Origin: Candidatus Bathyarchaeota archaeon
GTDB taxonomy: Archaea; Thermoproteota; Bathyarchaeia; TCS64
Assembly: GCA_963769425.1 (NCBI GenBank)
Contig: CAVYLP010000003.1
Span: forward strand, 160,001 to 224,000
DNA: 64,000 bases
Direction of reading: 5' to 3'
Each line of letters starts with the position of its first letter. Position 1 is the first letter of the stretch. The notes beneath the pieces are model-generated. The model saw only the letters and a program-made list of their open reading frames with translations, did no database searches and was not told where the DNA came from. Position numbers and translations under genes: made by a program. Shown in pieces: positions 10,125 to 20,336 of this stretch.

Positions 10125-10434
10125 GTACCACTTAAGGTGACTGCACCGCAGACCCCTGTACCGTGTAGCGGTGTGATCATACCAAGCAGCGGTGATATTT
10201 CCTCGTCCCTCATACCTAGCAGCGGCGTCAATATACCGTGTAACGGAGAGTCGCTATACCATCTAGCGGAGATATTATACCTAGCAGCGGAGAGTGTTCC
10301 TCTCTCCTTATACCATGCAGCGGTGTCGTTATACCTAGCTGCGGTGTAAATTATACCATGTAGGGCGGTATTCATACCTACTAGGAGGGTATAACATTTT
10401 TTCCACATGTCTGTACCTAGTAGGAGGGTATAAC
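10125..10434. repeat. Degenerate phased repeat array, about 12 copies of RTACCnnGyAGCGG-type core
   Basis: Cores start at 10125, 10158, 10179, 10212, 10233, 10256, 10277, 10310, 10331, 10353, 10374, 10413 (spacings 33,21,33,21,23,21,33,21,22,21,39). Confidence 0.85.
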
Positions 10435-10686
10435 TTACTGGCGGGTTAAGTGTGGATTCCTTGTAGGTAGATATCGAAAAAAACCACAATTTTTTCCCCT
10501 ATCACTAGGAACGGTCTTCGCTTTGGCCCTGTTCCCCCAGTAGAAGTAGACTTTGAAATAGAGAGAACTCGAAGCAACGTAGTACGGCTAGTTGCATAAT
10601 GAAGGATGGCCCTTGATTAGATGTGTGTATGTCCCTACGATTACCTAATATAGTTGGATTATTCTAAATGAAACGCGAAAAAATCC

Positions 10687-11127
10687 TTGAAAGTATCTCA
10701 AGCCATGAGGAAAACCGTGGTGATCATCCACGAGGGCATGTCAGTCACTGAAGCATCCAAGAATATGCGCGAAAAGAATCAACCATGTGCCATCGTTTTT
10801 AGGCAGGATAAACCCTACGGCATCGTGAGTGAGCGAGATATCGCTTGGAAGGTTGCTGCAAACGGACTCGATCCCAAGAGTTTGAAGATTGAGGAAATAA
10901 TGTCGACCCCCCTCATTTCAGTTGATCCGGACGAGGATCTTGCAGAAGCAGCAAACTTGATGAAAAAACATAAGATCAGAAGATTAGCGGTGATCAGGGG
11001 AGAGACCCTGTATGGCGTCTTGACGGCCGGGGACATTATGCGCAATCTTGGCAACTACCTAGATAAAGAGGTACAAGACGTTCTCCGATACCTATGGATG
11101 CCTCGATTCTACGATCAGGTTGCATGA
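10687..11127 (+). CDS. CBS-domain pair protein
   Basis: GIVSERDI, IMSTPLISVDPD, IRRLAV...GVLTAGDI. Confidence 0.9.
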   Translation: MKVSQAMRKTVVIIHEGMSVTEASKNMREKNQPCAIVFRQDKPYGIVSERDIAWKVAANGLDPKSLKIEEIMSTPLISVDPDEDLAEAANLMKKHKIRRLAVIRGETLYGVLTAGDIMRNLGNYLDKEVQDVLRYLWMPRFYDQVA

Positions 11128-11177
11128 AATAGACAATTATTTTCTATTTAGGAATCTCGAGCGAATAAAATGCTCGT

Positions 11178-12104
11178 TTAAATTAAGGCTAGCCTTTCAC
11201 TATACTTATCCACGTTCCCAACTAGGATCTGTGAATAGTAGTCAGCTATCCGCTTAGTGATGGGCCCCGGGTACTCCTTCCCCACGTCGATATCGTCGAT
11301 GCTGGTTATCGGCGTGACCTCACCCCCGGTACCGCAAAGAAAGGCCTCATCGGACGCGTATAGCTCGGCACGGGTCAGGTCCCTCACCTCAGTTGGGACT
11401 CCGAGGTCGCTTGGGACGAATTCTAGGAAGAGATTTCTCGTGACGGACTCGAGGATGCTGGCGGTCACTGGCGAGGTGATCAGTTTGCCGTCGCGGACAC
11501 TCATCACACATGCCCCAGTGCCCTCCGAGACGTAGCCCCTGTTATCTAGGAATAGCGCAGCGTCATAGCCGCATCGCTTCGCCTCTCTGCTGGCCAGGTT
11601 GCTGTTAGCGTAGTTCGCCCAACTCTTAGCCTGGGGCGGCAGGGCGTCGCTTGAGATCCGTCTCCAGCTGCTGACCATGAATCTTCTCCTCTTCGAGAAC
11701 TCGGGGTTACTCGCTGGGAGCAGAGTGTTAAACTTCCAGACGGGTATCACGACGTGGACTTCATCGGGATCCCCCGCCTTGGGCCAGATCCTGGGTTGGA
11801 TGTAGATGTTAGAATTGTAGTCATTCTCCTTGACGACGGCTCTCAGCCCCTCGAATAGCTCATCCCTTCGGTATGGCATCTTCAGTCCGTCTATCGCCGC
11901 GCTCCTCCACAGCCTGTCCATGTGCTGATCCCAGGAGAACACTGAGAGTCGTCCCTTCCCACCTATGTTGCCTAGGATATGCGCCTTTATTCCCTCAAAT
12001 ATGCCTAGGTAGATTGGCTCCATCGCGGAGACGAGTGCACGCTCGGTCTCCACCACTCCACCATCCATCCAGCAGAACTTCGCACCATTGAATGCAGCTG
12101 ACAT
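11178..12104 (-). CDS. ilvE: Branched-chain amino acid aminotransferase (PLP class IV)
   Basis: IFEGIKA, HMDRLWRSA, AKSWANY, GYVSEGTG, ILESVTR, DEAFLCGTGGEVTPI. Confidence 0.82.
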   Translation of the reverse strand: MSAAFNGAKFCWMDGGVVETERALVSAMEPIYLGIFEGIKAHILGNIGGKGRLSVFSWDQHMDRLWRSAAIDGLKMPYRRDELFEGLRAVVKENDYNSNIYIQPRIWPKAGDPDEVHVVIPVWKFNTLLPASNPEFSKRRRFMVSSWRRISSDALPPQAKSWANYANSNLASREAKRCGYDAALFLDNRGYVSEGTGACVMSVRDGKLITSPVTASILESVTRNLFLEFVPSDLGVPTEVRDLTRAELYASDEAFLCGTGGEVTPITSIDDIDVGKEYPGPITKRIADYYSQILVGNVDKYSERLALI

Positions 12105-12282
12105 GTTATCCCTGTCTAGTTTTTAGTTGCACCAATATATGAAGCCGATATACTCACACGACTGAAATCGGACGCGAGTGCAAAAGAAAGGTCAGAATAA
12201 TGTGAGATTTATGGTATGCATTATAAGTGCGTATGCGTGCGCTGACATCAAACTCATTACCGTAAAGACGCACGGATACCCC

Positions 12283-13203
12283 ATGAAGGTAGAGTACCCC
12301 AACCCTTTCAGAGCCTCCGGCCAGTGGTTCAAGGGCAATCTCCACACCCACACAACGGCCTCAGACGGCGTCAGAACTCCACAGGAAACTGTGGACCATT
12401 ATAGTAGAAACGGCTATGACTTCCTCAGCATAACCGACCACGGAGTCCTAACCGACCCCACTACTCTAAACCCCCAAGGCATGACCCTAATACCCGGAGA
12501 GGAGATCTGCCTCGGAAACAGCCAAGCGGGTACAAACACACACATGGTCGTAGCCAACATCAAGGAAGGTCTCCCCCTAACTGACTTCAACCAGGCCACA
12601 GACCCGCAGGAGGCCATAGACCTCACCACCCAACAGGGGGGATTCACAATCATTGCCCATCCATATTGGTCTGGCTTACACATCAGTGACATCCTCAGAC
12701 TCAGGGGATACCTCGGCGTGGAGATATACAACACGAGCTGCGACGTATACCGGGGAACAGGATTCTCTTCGCCACACGTAGACGCCATCATCGCTGCTGG
12801 TAGACGCCCCTTCATCTTTGCTACGGATGACCACCATGGGGAACCCGAACCAATGAAACAGAGCGACGCCTGCGGAGCCTGGATAATGGTAAAATCAATG
12901 GAGAAAACCACCCAATCAATAGCTAAAGCAATTGAAGCGGGGTACTTCTACGCGAGCAACGGTCCAACAATAAAGTGCGTCGAAGCCAGACCTGAGGGCA
13001 TCCACGTTGAGACCAGCCCGGTTAAACACATCACCTTCGTATCGACTCCCAGCCTCGGCGCCCGCTTCACAGCAGGTGATAAGCCTCTCACTGAGTATAC
13101 CTACCCTGGACGACTCGGAGAGACCTATGTGAGAATAGAGGCCATGGACTCTGAGGGAAGAATCGCGTGGACAAATCCAATTTTCAATTCTGGCGCGTCT
13201 TGA
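12283..13203 (+). CDS. PHP-domain (CehA/McbA-like) metallohydrolase
   Basis: WFKGNLHTHTTASDG, ITDH, IAHPYW, TDDHH, AWTNPIF. Confidence 0.85.
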   Translation: MKVEYPNPFRASGQWFKGNLHTHTTASDGVRTPQETVDHYSRNGYDFLSITDHGVLTDPTTLNPQGMTLIPGEEICLGNSQAGTNTHMVVANIKEGLPLTDFNQATDPQEAIDLTTQQGGFTIIAHPYWSGLHISDILRLRGYLGVEIYNTSCDVYRGTGFSSPHVDAIIAAGRRPFIFATDDHHGEPEPMKQSDACGAWIMVKSMEKTTQSIAKAIEAGYFYASNGPTIKCVEARPEGIHVETSPVKHITFVSTPSLGARFTAGDKPLTEYTYPGRLGETYVRIEAMDSEGRIAWTNPIFNSGAS

Positions 13204-13396
13204 TCACTATTGGATAATACGAAGAGATTTTGTTGTGTACGCGCCTTGAACCAAGTACGAGTAGAAAGCTTGAGAACAACCTGTATAACATTGTGGACTA
13301 CTTTGAAACATAGGGCATTCTGGAAAGACGATTTTCTAAACAAGCAAACACGCATTATTCTTAAAGGATTTCAACGAAACCTAGAGTAGGTGCAAA

Positions 13397-13951
13397 ATGT
13401 TGAAGGACTTCTACAGGCTTCAAGCAAGGCCAACAGTAGTTATATCAACCATTTCCCCGAGAGGAATACCGAATGCCGCCCCCTTCAGTTTCTCATCCCC
13501 TATGGCATCTAGACCGACGCCTCTATTCGGGTTCTGCTGCGAAGTCGAGCACGACACTTGGAGAAACATCAAGCAGAACGGCGAATTTGTTGTCAACCTC
13601 GTCGGCGAGAAGTTCGGACCCCTGATGGAGGGGCTCGAGACCCATTATCCCTACGAGGTCGATGAGATAAAGGAATGCGGCTTAACGGAGACCAAGTCTA
13701 GCAGGGTCCAACCGCCCAGAATCGCAGAGGCCTACGGTTGGATGGAGTGCAGGATGAGAGAGCGCGTGGAGCTGTCAGATAGGAGTGTGTGGATCATCGG
13801 CGAGGTCCTCGACTCGGATGCAAGTGACGATATCTACAACTCGCGTGACGGCGCAATAGATGTGGGTAAGGTGAAGCCACTCAACCACATATGGGGGGAC
13901 ATCTTCACGACGACGATGACTGAGACAAGATTCAAGAGAGCTGCGAGTTGA
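13397..13951 (+). CDS. Flavin reductase family protein
   Basis: PNAAPFSF, DTWRNIKQNGEFVVN, PPRIAEAYGWMEC. Confidence 0.88.
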   Translation: MLKDFYRLQARPTVVISTISPRGIPNAAPFSFSSPMASRPTPLFGFCCEVEHDTWRNIKQNGEFVVNLVGEKFGPLMEGLETHYPYEVDEIKECGLTETKSSRVQPPRIAEAYGWMECRMRERVELSDRSVWIIGEVLDSDASDDIYNSRDGAIDVGKVKPLNHIWGDIFTTTMTETRFKRAAS

Positions 13952-13975
13952 AAGAAGTAACGCGATTTTCTCATT

Positions 13976-14563
13976 TTACTCTTCACGTGGCCTACGAGGT
14001 ATTTTTTCATAGAACACTAATTCGGCTAATGGTTTTCTATCCCTTTTCTCAGGCCACGACTCGGGGACCCCTATGGGAATGAGGCAGTTGATCGAGTACC
14101 TCCTAGGCACTCTGAAAAACCGGCGAACAGTCTCAGCGGACACGGACCCAGTAATCATCACTGACCCATAACCAAGGGCTCTCGCCGCCAGCATGATGTT
14201 CTCCGCAGCCAACGCACCATCCTGTTTCGCGTAACCCCTGTAATTGATAGCCGTGTCAACTAGAACTATAATGTGCAGGGGCGCCCCTAACAGCTTATTG
14301 TAGTGGGACTTCATTCCCTCATCGGTGTCTGCATCGTAGCCATTATCCAGAAGCCACTTCTTCCTGCTCCGCCAAGCGAAGTCTCTGAATGCATCAAGCT
14401 TGTCCTCCACCTGGATAACCAAAAAACGCCATGACTGTTGATTACCCGCATTAGGTGCCTGCCGCGCGGCATCAAGTATCTGTTCAAGATGTTTTTGTGG
14501 GATTGGATCTGACTTGTAGCTTCTTACGGATACACGCTTCTGAAGGACCTCAAAAAAGCTCAT
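13976..14563 (-). CDS. Nitroreductase family protein
   Basis: RVSVRSY, APNAGNQQSWRF, NIMLAARALGYGS. Confidence 0.9.
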   Translation of the reverse strand: MSFFEVLQKRVSVRSYKSDPIPQKHLEQILDAARQAPNAGNQQSWRFLVIQVEDKLDAFRDFAWRSRKKWLLDNGYDADTDEGMKSHYNKLLGAPLHIIVLVDTAINYRGYAKQDGALAAENIMLAARALGYGSVMITGSVSAETVRRFFRVPRRYSINCLIPIGVPESWPEKRDRKPLAELVFYEKIPRRPREE

Positions 14564-14663
14564 CTCATAATTGGATCTGATTTTTCAGACATCTAACATC
14601 AGTTCGATATTAAATTAAAATCTAAAAAAGATTTTCGTAGATTCTGTTTCGTGCAAGAAGCAG

Positions 14664-15410
14664 TTATAGCTTCATTCTCTGGAAGGCTAATGACCCGAGT
14701 CCAACCATCACAACCGCGAAGGCCAAGAGTACGGAGAAGTCGACTAGTAGCCCGAATCTATACGACCCAAGCATCAGACCCCTCATCGCGTCCACCCCAT
14801 AAGTCAACGGGTTAGCTAGGGTTAGTGCCAGCAGCCAGTCCGGTAGGTTGGTGAGGGGAAAGAGTGCACCTGACAGGAAGAACAGAGGGAACACGATGAA
14901 CCCCCCGATGAGGCTGAAGCCCTCACTCGACTCCATGAAGCTGCCAATGATGAGGCCAACGCTAACGAGGCCGACTAGGAGAACAATCATGTACGCGTAG
15001 ACGAGGATCAAGCCGAGCCCCACACTCACCCCGAAGAAGGGAGAGAGCAGAAGAATTATTGAAGCTTGGATCAGGCCATCTGTCGCCCCTCCGGCTACCT
15101 TCCCTAGGAAAGCCGTACTCCTCCTCACAGGCGCAACAAGCACCTCCTTCAAGAAGTCTATCTTCTTATCCCAGACTATGCTTGCACCATAGAAGACTGA
15201 GGAGAAGATCAGCGCCATCACGATTATCCCCGGGTAGATGTAGGCTTGGTAGCTGAGCCCAGCGACGCTAATCTGCGAACCCAGTCCACCGCCATATACG
15301 ACGAGCCATAGTATCGGGCTAACGATTGAGGATAAGACCCTCGACCGCTCCCGGAGGTAGACACGAACCTCACGCTCCCAGATAGCGTAGAGTCCACCAA
15401 GTTCTGTCAA
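14664..15410 (-). CDS. ABC-2 type exporter permease
   Basis: LKEVLVAPV, FLSGALFP, NPLTYGVDAMR; six hydrophobic segments. Confidence 0.9.
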   Translation of the reverse strand: MTELGGLYAIWEREVRVYLRERSRVLSSIVSPILWLVVYGGGLGSQISVAGLSYQAYIYPGIIVMALIFSSVFYGASIVWDKKIDFLKEVLVAPVRRSTAFLGKVAGGATDGLIQASIILLLSPFFGVSVGLGLILVYAYMIVLLVGLVSVGLIIGSFMESSEGFSLIGGFIVFPLFFLSGALFPLTNLPDWLLALTLANPLTYGVDAMRGLMLGSYRFGLLVDFSVLLAFAVVMVGLGSLAFQRMKL

Positions 15411-16360
15411 ATGCCACCGCCTCCTTGCTCGTGGTACTGTCGCCCCGTATACTTGAGAAAGACATCACTGAGAGTTGGGGGTCGTAGATCAACTGATTCG
15501 ACCTTTCCGATGGCTCCGAGGATCTCCTGGATATTTGAGCCAGCGTCTACGACCGTGAGCGTGATCTCCTCACCTCTCGCCTCAACTACCTTCACGTACG
15601 GGAACGATTCAAGCGCGGAAAGATTTGGCGTTTTCATACGGATCTTGATGATATCACCGCCGAGACCCCTCTTCAACTCACCCGGAGTGTCAAGCACGAC
15701 AATAGCCCCATGATCCATGATCGCAATCCGGTCACACAGCCTATCTGCCTCATCCATGTAATGAGTCGTTATGATGATGGAGAGCCTCTCCTCCTGCACG
15801 AGCCTCTCAATGTACTCCCAGATGTGCTCCCGCGTCTGAGGGTCAAGTCCAAGAGTCGGCTCATCAAGAAACAAGACCTTCGGTCTGTGTAGGAGCCCCC
15901 TCGCGATCTCGAGCCTCCTCCGCATCCCACCGGAGTAGTGCTTCAAGAGGTCATTCCTCCTATCCGTTAGGTCGACTAGCTCAAGCACCTCATCGATCCG
16001 CTGACGCCTGATAGAGTTAGGAACACCATACATGAGGGCATGCATCTTCAGGTTCTCGTAGCCAGTAAGTAGCTCATCCGAGCTAGGGTCCTGGAAGACG
16101 ATCCCGATGCTCTCCCTAACCTTACCCGGCTGCTTAACAACGTCGAAGCCGTTAACCCTCGCCTCGCCACCCGTGGGCTTCAAAATCGTGGCAAGCATAT
16201 GCAGTGTCGTAGTCTTACCTGCCCCGTTTGGACCGAGGAGACCGAAGACTTCTCCCTCATTGATCGAGAAACTCACCCCGTCGACCGCTTTGATGTTTCC
16301 TTTGTAGATCTTCGTAAGGTTACTCACCTTAACCATATCAGCGGACTCAGGTGGAGACAT
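15407..16360 (-). CDS. ABC exporter ATP-binding protein (DrrA-like)
   Basis: GPNGAGKTT, YSGGMRRR, LDEPT, TTHY. Confidence 0.92.
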   Translation of the reverse strand: MSPPESADMVKVSNLTKIYKGNIKAVDGVSFSINEGEVFGLLGPNGAGKTTTLHMLATILKPTGGEARVNGFDVVKQPGKVRESIGIVFQDPSSDELLTGYENLKMHALMYGVPNSIRRQRIDEVLELVDLTDRRNDLLKHYSGGMRRRLEIARGLLHRPKVLFLDEPTLGLDPQTREHIWEYIERLVQEERLSIIITTHYMDEADRLCDRIAIMDHGAIVVLDTPGELKRGLGGDIIKIRMKTPNLSALESFPYVKVVEARGEEITLTVVDAGSNIQEILGAIGKVESVDLRPPTLSDVFLKYTGRQYHEQGGGGI

Positions 16361-17123
16361 ATTCAGTGCGCCAACTTTGTTACCAAACCATAGTGCGAGC
16401 CATAAAGGGTTCGTTCGTTTACACTAAATGAATAGGAAGTACGTGCAGAGCCTTCATCAATCGTGAGGAGACAGAGACCTGGCTCGCAAAATAGGACCCG
16501 GATCACTTAGCCAAGAGCCTAAAAGCCCTATCAGTGCTCTTCCAGAGTAAGGCCTACTTCTACTGGAGGAACCGGGCTGCCAAGAATGATTCCTAGTGGC
16601 AGGTGCAAAAGTGATGTTTTTCCTTATTCCTACCAGCGAGGCATACGCGACCAACCAGCAAACGTGTTACTCCACCCACCGAACATCCACTCCTCCTGTC
16701 GACACCCATACGGGTGAACTCAACCTCGGATGAATCATCGCAATGGACCGGTGAGGAGTCATTAAGCAATTCTGTAAAACGCTTATACTATGCTACCGTA
16801 CGGGGGAGACTTGAAAAACGCGCCGATCCCTCAAACATCATGAATCAGGCTCTATTTCTGAGTAGTTTGATAATTCAACCTTCTCTCGGTGAGCGTATTT
16901 GGTGGAAAATTATTGGCCAACAGAAAAACGAGTATAAGGGGTTCACAAACGCACTGGAATGGATATAGGAAAACCATTGGGGTAACCATGAGTCTAATCG
17001 TTAGGCTGCTGATGAAACTCGGATCGAGATAAGGATCGACTAGGCGATGTCCTCGGGTGGAGTAGACTCAGAGAAGCCCCACGGTCAACCCCGAGAAAAT
17101 GAGTATCAGAACTTCAAGGACGT

Positions 17124-17172
17124 CTTTCAAGACTTTTGAAAGAGCTTTCAAACATTATGATCGTTCTTTCAA
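17124..17172 (+). promoter_or_regulatory. Candidate operator: three CTTTCAA boxes at 21-bp spacing plus TCTTTCAA-N5-TTGAAAGA dyad
   Basis: CTTTCAA at 17124, 17145 and 17166, about 40 bp upstream of the 17213 ORF. Confidence 0.5.
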
Positions 17173-17212
17173 TTGTGTAGCATCAAATAGCTCCACTGTC
17201 TCCTAATCATCG

Positions 17213-18385
17213 TTGAACAACATGGCCACAAAGAGTCTTTCAATCAAGTATGGTGCAGCCGCTATAGTGATGGCTCTAGCTATCATCGGTACATCCCTAT
17301 TCGTGAATAATTCGGTAACCCCAACAGGAACCGCCGTGGGGAAGGGATTAACGAACTTCATCGTCATGCTCACCGACCCGCCAACAGTTCCCTATGGAAC
17401 GACTGAGCTCAACGTGACCTACTCCAGCATACAGCTTCACGTGATTGCCAGAGATGGCACTTCGAACTGGGTGGCATCCCAGGAATCCGGCCGCGTGAAT
17501 CTACTATCACTAGTTAACGTGACGCAGACGATAGCTACACTGAGCCTACCCACAAACTCTACAGTCGACAAGCTTCAATTCACGCTCTCCTCCGCCACCT
17601 CAAATGTCAGCGGCGTAGTTTACCCAGTAACCCTACTATCGAATCAGCTGCTAATCAACATAAGATCCGTAAAGCTCAACGGCACCACGACAGGCGCCCT
17701 CATAGACCTTAGGCCGACCCTGATAGAGATCAACGCCTCCAACTCCACCGGCGGCTCCGTGAAATACTTCGTCCTCTCACCAAGCGCGACCGCTGTCGTA
17801 AAGTCGAGCGTCAACGAGACTCAGAAGAGCATCGGCTGCAGAGTCCGCCTCCAAGATAAGGAGAATAAGGAAATAGCGGATGAGTACCGCAGATCCTCCA
17901 ACAACGTCACGATCACGGATGCCAAATTCTCTGTGAAGGGAAACACCACAACCCTATCCGTCACAATCAAGAACATCGGCAAAGCCAACGCAACCCTGTC
18001 GAGCCTGACAATGAACGGCGAGTTTAACACAACCTTCTCCTGGGTCGTGAAGACACAATTCACCATGGGTAAGAACGACATGATGAGTGGAGGGAACATG
18101 ATGAAGGATCACCCCGAATCGATCCCCTTCAAGATAAGCGGTGGCAAGCTGATACCCATCTTCGGAGACAACGAAGTTGATAATGGTCTAGGCGCAGGGA
18201 AGCTGGTTATAAAGCCGGGGCAGTCAACAACCCTAACCTACACCGGTGTCCTGCAGCTCCGTAGTGATGGCCGCGGCAAGTCGCCGAGCGTCGTCGTGAC
18301 ACCGATGGTTGGAAAAGAGTACACCGTGCGCATCATGAGTACCGGAAACCAGAGCTTAAAAGTCACAGCCGTCAAGGGTACTTAA
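17213..18385 (+). CDS. Membrane-anchored, S/T/N-rich extracellular protein (DUF4382-like N-terminal domain)
   Basis: N-terminal hydrophobic anchor, MLTDPP motif, many N-x-S/T sequons, Ig-like C-terminal strand pattern. Confidence 0.65.
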   Translation: MNNMATKSLSIKYGAAAIVMALAIIGTSLFVNNSVTPTGTAVGKGLTNFIVMLTDPPTVPYGTTELNVTYSSIQLHVIARDGTSNWVASQESGRVNLLSLVNVTQTIATLSLPTNSTVDKLQFTLSSATSNVSGVVYPVTLLSNQLLINIRSVKLNGTTTGALIDLRPTLIEINASNSTGGSVKYFVLSPSATAVVKSSVNETQKSIGCRVRLQDKENKEIADEYRRSSNNVTITDAKFSVKGNTTTLSVTIKNIGKANATLSSLTMNGEFNTTFSWVVKTQFTMGKNDMMSGGNMMKDHPESIPFKISGGKLIPIFGDNEVDNGLGAGKLVIKPGQSTTLTYTGVLQLRSDGRGKSPSVVVTPMVGKEYTVRIMSTGNQSLKVTAVKGT

Positions 18386-18538
18386 TATCTATTTTATTTA
18401 CACATTTTTCGTACGAACCTGAGCTCGTTGGCACTCATCGAGTCAGAGGATTTGTCACAAAAAACAACATCAATACGAAGAATGCGCGTGTGCTTAGTTT
18501 AATTTTTGGCTTTCATTTTCATAGTGTTGCTTGGGTTT

Positions 18539-19675
18539 TTACGCAGTCTCCTTTAGTAGTTCTTCCAGATCATGGTAATCCATCTTCTGGCAGGATGCTC
18601 CTTCCCTGTGTACAAAACTTCCATTTACAATGTTTAGACCCGTCCTTAGAGCCGCATTCTCCCTTACTGCCCTCACCCATCCCTTGTCAGCAACATCCCT
18701 AACATAGGGTAGGATGGCATTAGAGAGGGCCAAGGAGGCGGTTCTCGGGACCGCCCCTGGTACGTTAGGTACACAATAGTGGATAACGCCGTCGCAGCTG
18801 AAGGTAGGGTGATCGTGGTGCGTCTCCTGGCAAGTTTCGATGGGGCCATCGGGATCGCAGCCTATATCAACTATAACTGAGCCCGGCTTCATATGACTCA
18901 CCATCTCTTTTGTGACGATCCTCTTCCGGGTCCTGAGAGGGTTGAAGAAGACACCGTTGATGACGAGGTCGGCCTTCTTAACCGATTCTTCGACGTTGTG
19001 TCTGTCGGAGATGAGGGTAGTAACCTTGTTGGCGAAGATGTCGTTTAGCTCGTTGAGGCGGCGGACGTTTACATCGAGAACCGTGACGTTCGCCCCAAGC
19101 CCGACAGCTGCCTTCGCAGCGCCTGTGCCGACGGATCCCCCGCCGATGATGACAACTTCGGCGGGTCTGCATCCTGCCATTCTCCCTATCATTACGCCCT
19201 CCCCGCCGAGGTGTGTCTGGAGGTGGTAGGCGCCCATGATGACGCCGTTGTGGCCAGCTATTTCGCTCATAGGGGCAAGGAGGGGGGTTGACCCGTTTGA
19301 TTGGACTGTGTCGTAACTGAAGGCGATGACGTGAGCCTTGATCAGTGCTTCAGCTAGGGGGCGTTTCGAGGTGAGTAGGCCCTCAGTGAAGTGGAGGTAC
19401 GCCATAATGATCTTGCCCTCTCGGAGATTCCCGAACTCCTGAGGGAGGATCTCCTTCACCTTGACAATTAGGTCAGACTCAAATATTGCCTCATGGCTAT
19501 CTGCGATTTCGGCGCCGGCTCGCTGGTACTCCTCATTTGTGAAACCACTGGCGACTCCTGCGTCCCTCTCGACTATTATGTGGTGCCCGTTCTCCTTCAG
19601 GGCTTCGATGGCTTGGGGTGTGAGTGCCACCCTGTTTTCTCCTGACTTGACTTCACTTGGGACTCCGATTATCAT
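18539..19675 (-). CDS. ald: Alanine dehydrogenase (bacterial AlaDH/PNT type)
   Basis: IGVPSEVKSGENRVALTP, VKVKE, LLAPMSEIAG, GGGSVG, HYCVPNVPGAVPRTAS. Confidence 0.92.
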   Translation of the reverse strand: MIIGVPSEVKSGENRVALTPQAIEALKENGHHIIVERDAGVASGFTNEEYQRAGAEIADSHEAIFESDLIVKVKEILPQEFGNLREGKIIMAYLHFTEGLLTSKRPLAEALIKAHVIAFSYDTVQSNGSTPLLAPMSEIAGHNGVIMGAYHLQTHLGGEGVMIGRMAGCRPAEVVIIGGGSVGTGAAKAAVGLGANVTVLDVNVRRLNELNDIFANKVTTLISDRHNVEESVKKADLVINGVFFNPLRTRKRIVTKEMVSHMKPGSVIVDIGCDPDGPIETCQETHHDHPTFSCDGVIHYCVPNVPGAVPRTASLALSNAILPYVRDVADKGWVRAVRENAALRTGLNIVNGSFVHREGASCQKMDYHDLEELLKETA

Positions 19676-19847
19676 GGCTTGTCTGGTATGGTCAATTTCT
19701 CTATCAATTATTTAACAGCGTGTATCTTCGCGTGCAGCTCGCATCGCGATAAATAGGATAAACACACGTTTAATAGCCAGGGGCTCGTGTATGTTGCGTA
19801 TATTGGAAACCTAACGGTTGCCCGTGTACGAAAAGGAGAAACAAAAA

Positions 19848-20018
19848 ATGGGATATAGAGATAGTCGAAGTAACTACAACAGTGGGCCGCGCGAGATGAC
19901 GAAGGTCATTTGCTCCGACTGTGGAAAGGAGACGGAAGTCCCCTTCAAGCCAACCGAGGGTCGGCCAGTCTACTGTCAAGAGTGCTTCGCTAAGCACAGG
20001 CCACCGAGAAGGTTCTAG
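19848..20018 (+). CDS. CxxC-x17-CxxC domain protein
   Basis: ICSDCGKETEVPFKPTEGRPVYCQECF; AGGAG upstream of the ATG. Confidence 0.9.
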   Translation: MGYRDSRSNYNSGPREMTKVICSDCGKETEVPFKPTEGRPVYCQECFAKHRPPRRF

Positions 20019-20336
20019 ACCAAGTCAAGTGACCGATAAGCGGAGGAATCCGCTATGTTTTTTTTATTTTTTTAAATATTTACAACGCATACATTTTATT
20101 TCAGGTTAGGGATTTACCGTTTTTATTAGTCTTTTGAGCCATCTCTCTTTGTTTATATCTTGTTATTGGTTTCAGTTTGGTGGTGTGTGCGAGGATTAAG
20201 TAATAAAACTCAGATATCAGCGCAGTACACCAGTCAATGAGTTAGTTTGTGACCTCAAATTGTTAGTTCTTACTTTCAGTCAGCAAGGCTATTAAACTCG
20301 GAAGAGCAGCGAGTTTTATTTAGGGGGTGGAAATAG

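Noticed and set aside
10125-10434. CRISPR array or ORB-type replication origin
   Set aside because: Repeats are degenerate with spacers mostly 7-19 bp, there are no cas genes, no match to the ORB consensus and no cdc6 in the window
10068-10489. ORFs 10068-10349 (+) and 10097-10489 (-) spanning the repeat array
   Set aside because: The peptide repeat changes frame within each ORF and there is no recognisable domain; treated as by-products of the DNA repeat
16430-17100. Short ORFs and a GAAGCCCC motif suggestive of an IS200/IS605 end or decayed gene
   Set aside because: No transposase or TnpB motifs, and the hairpin is too weak to support a call
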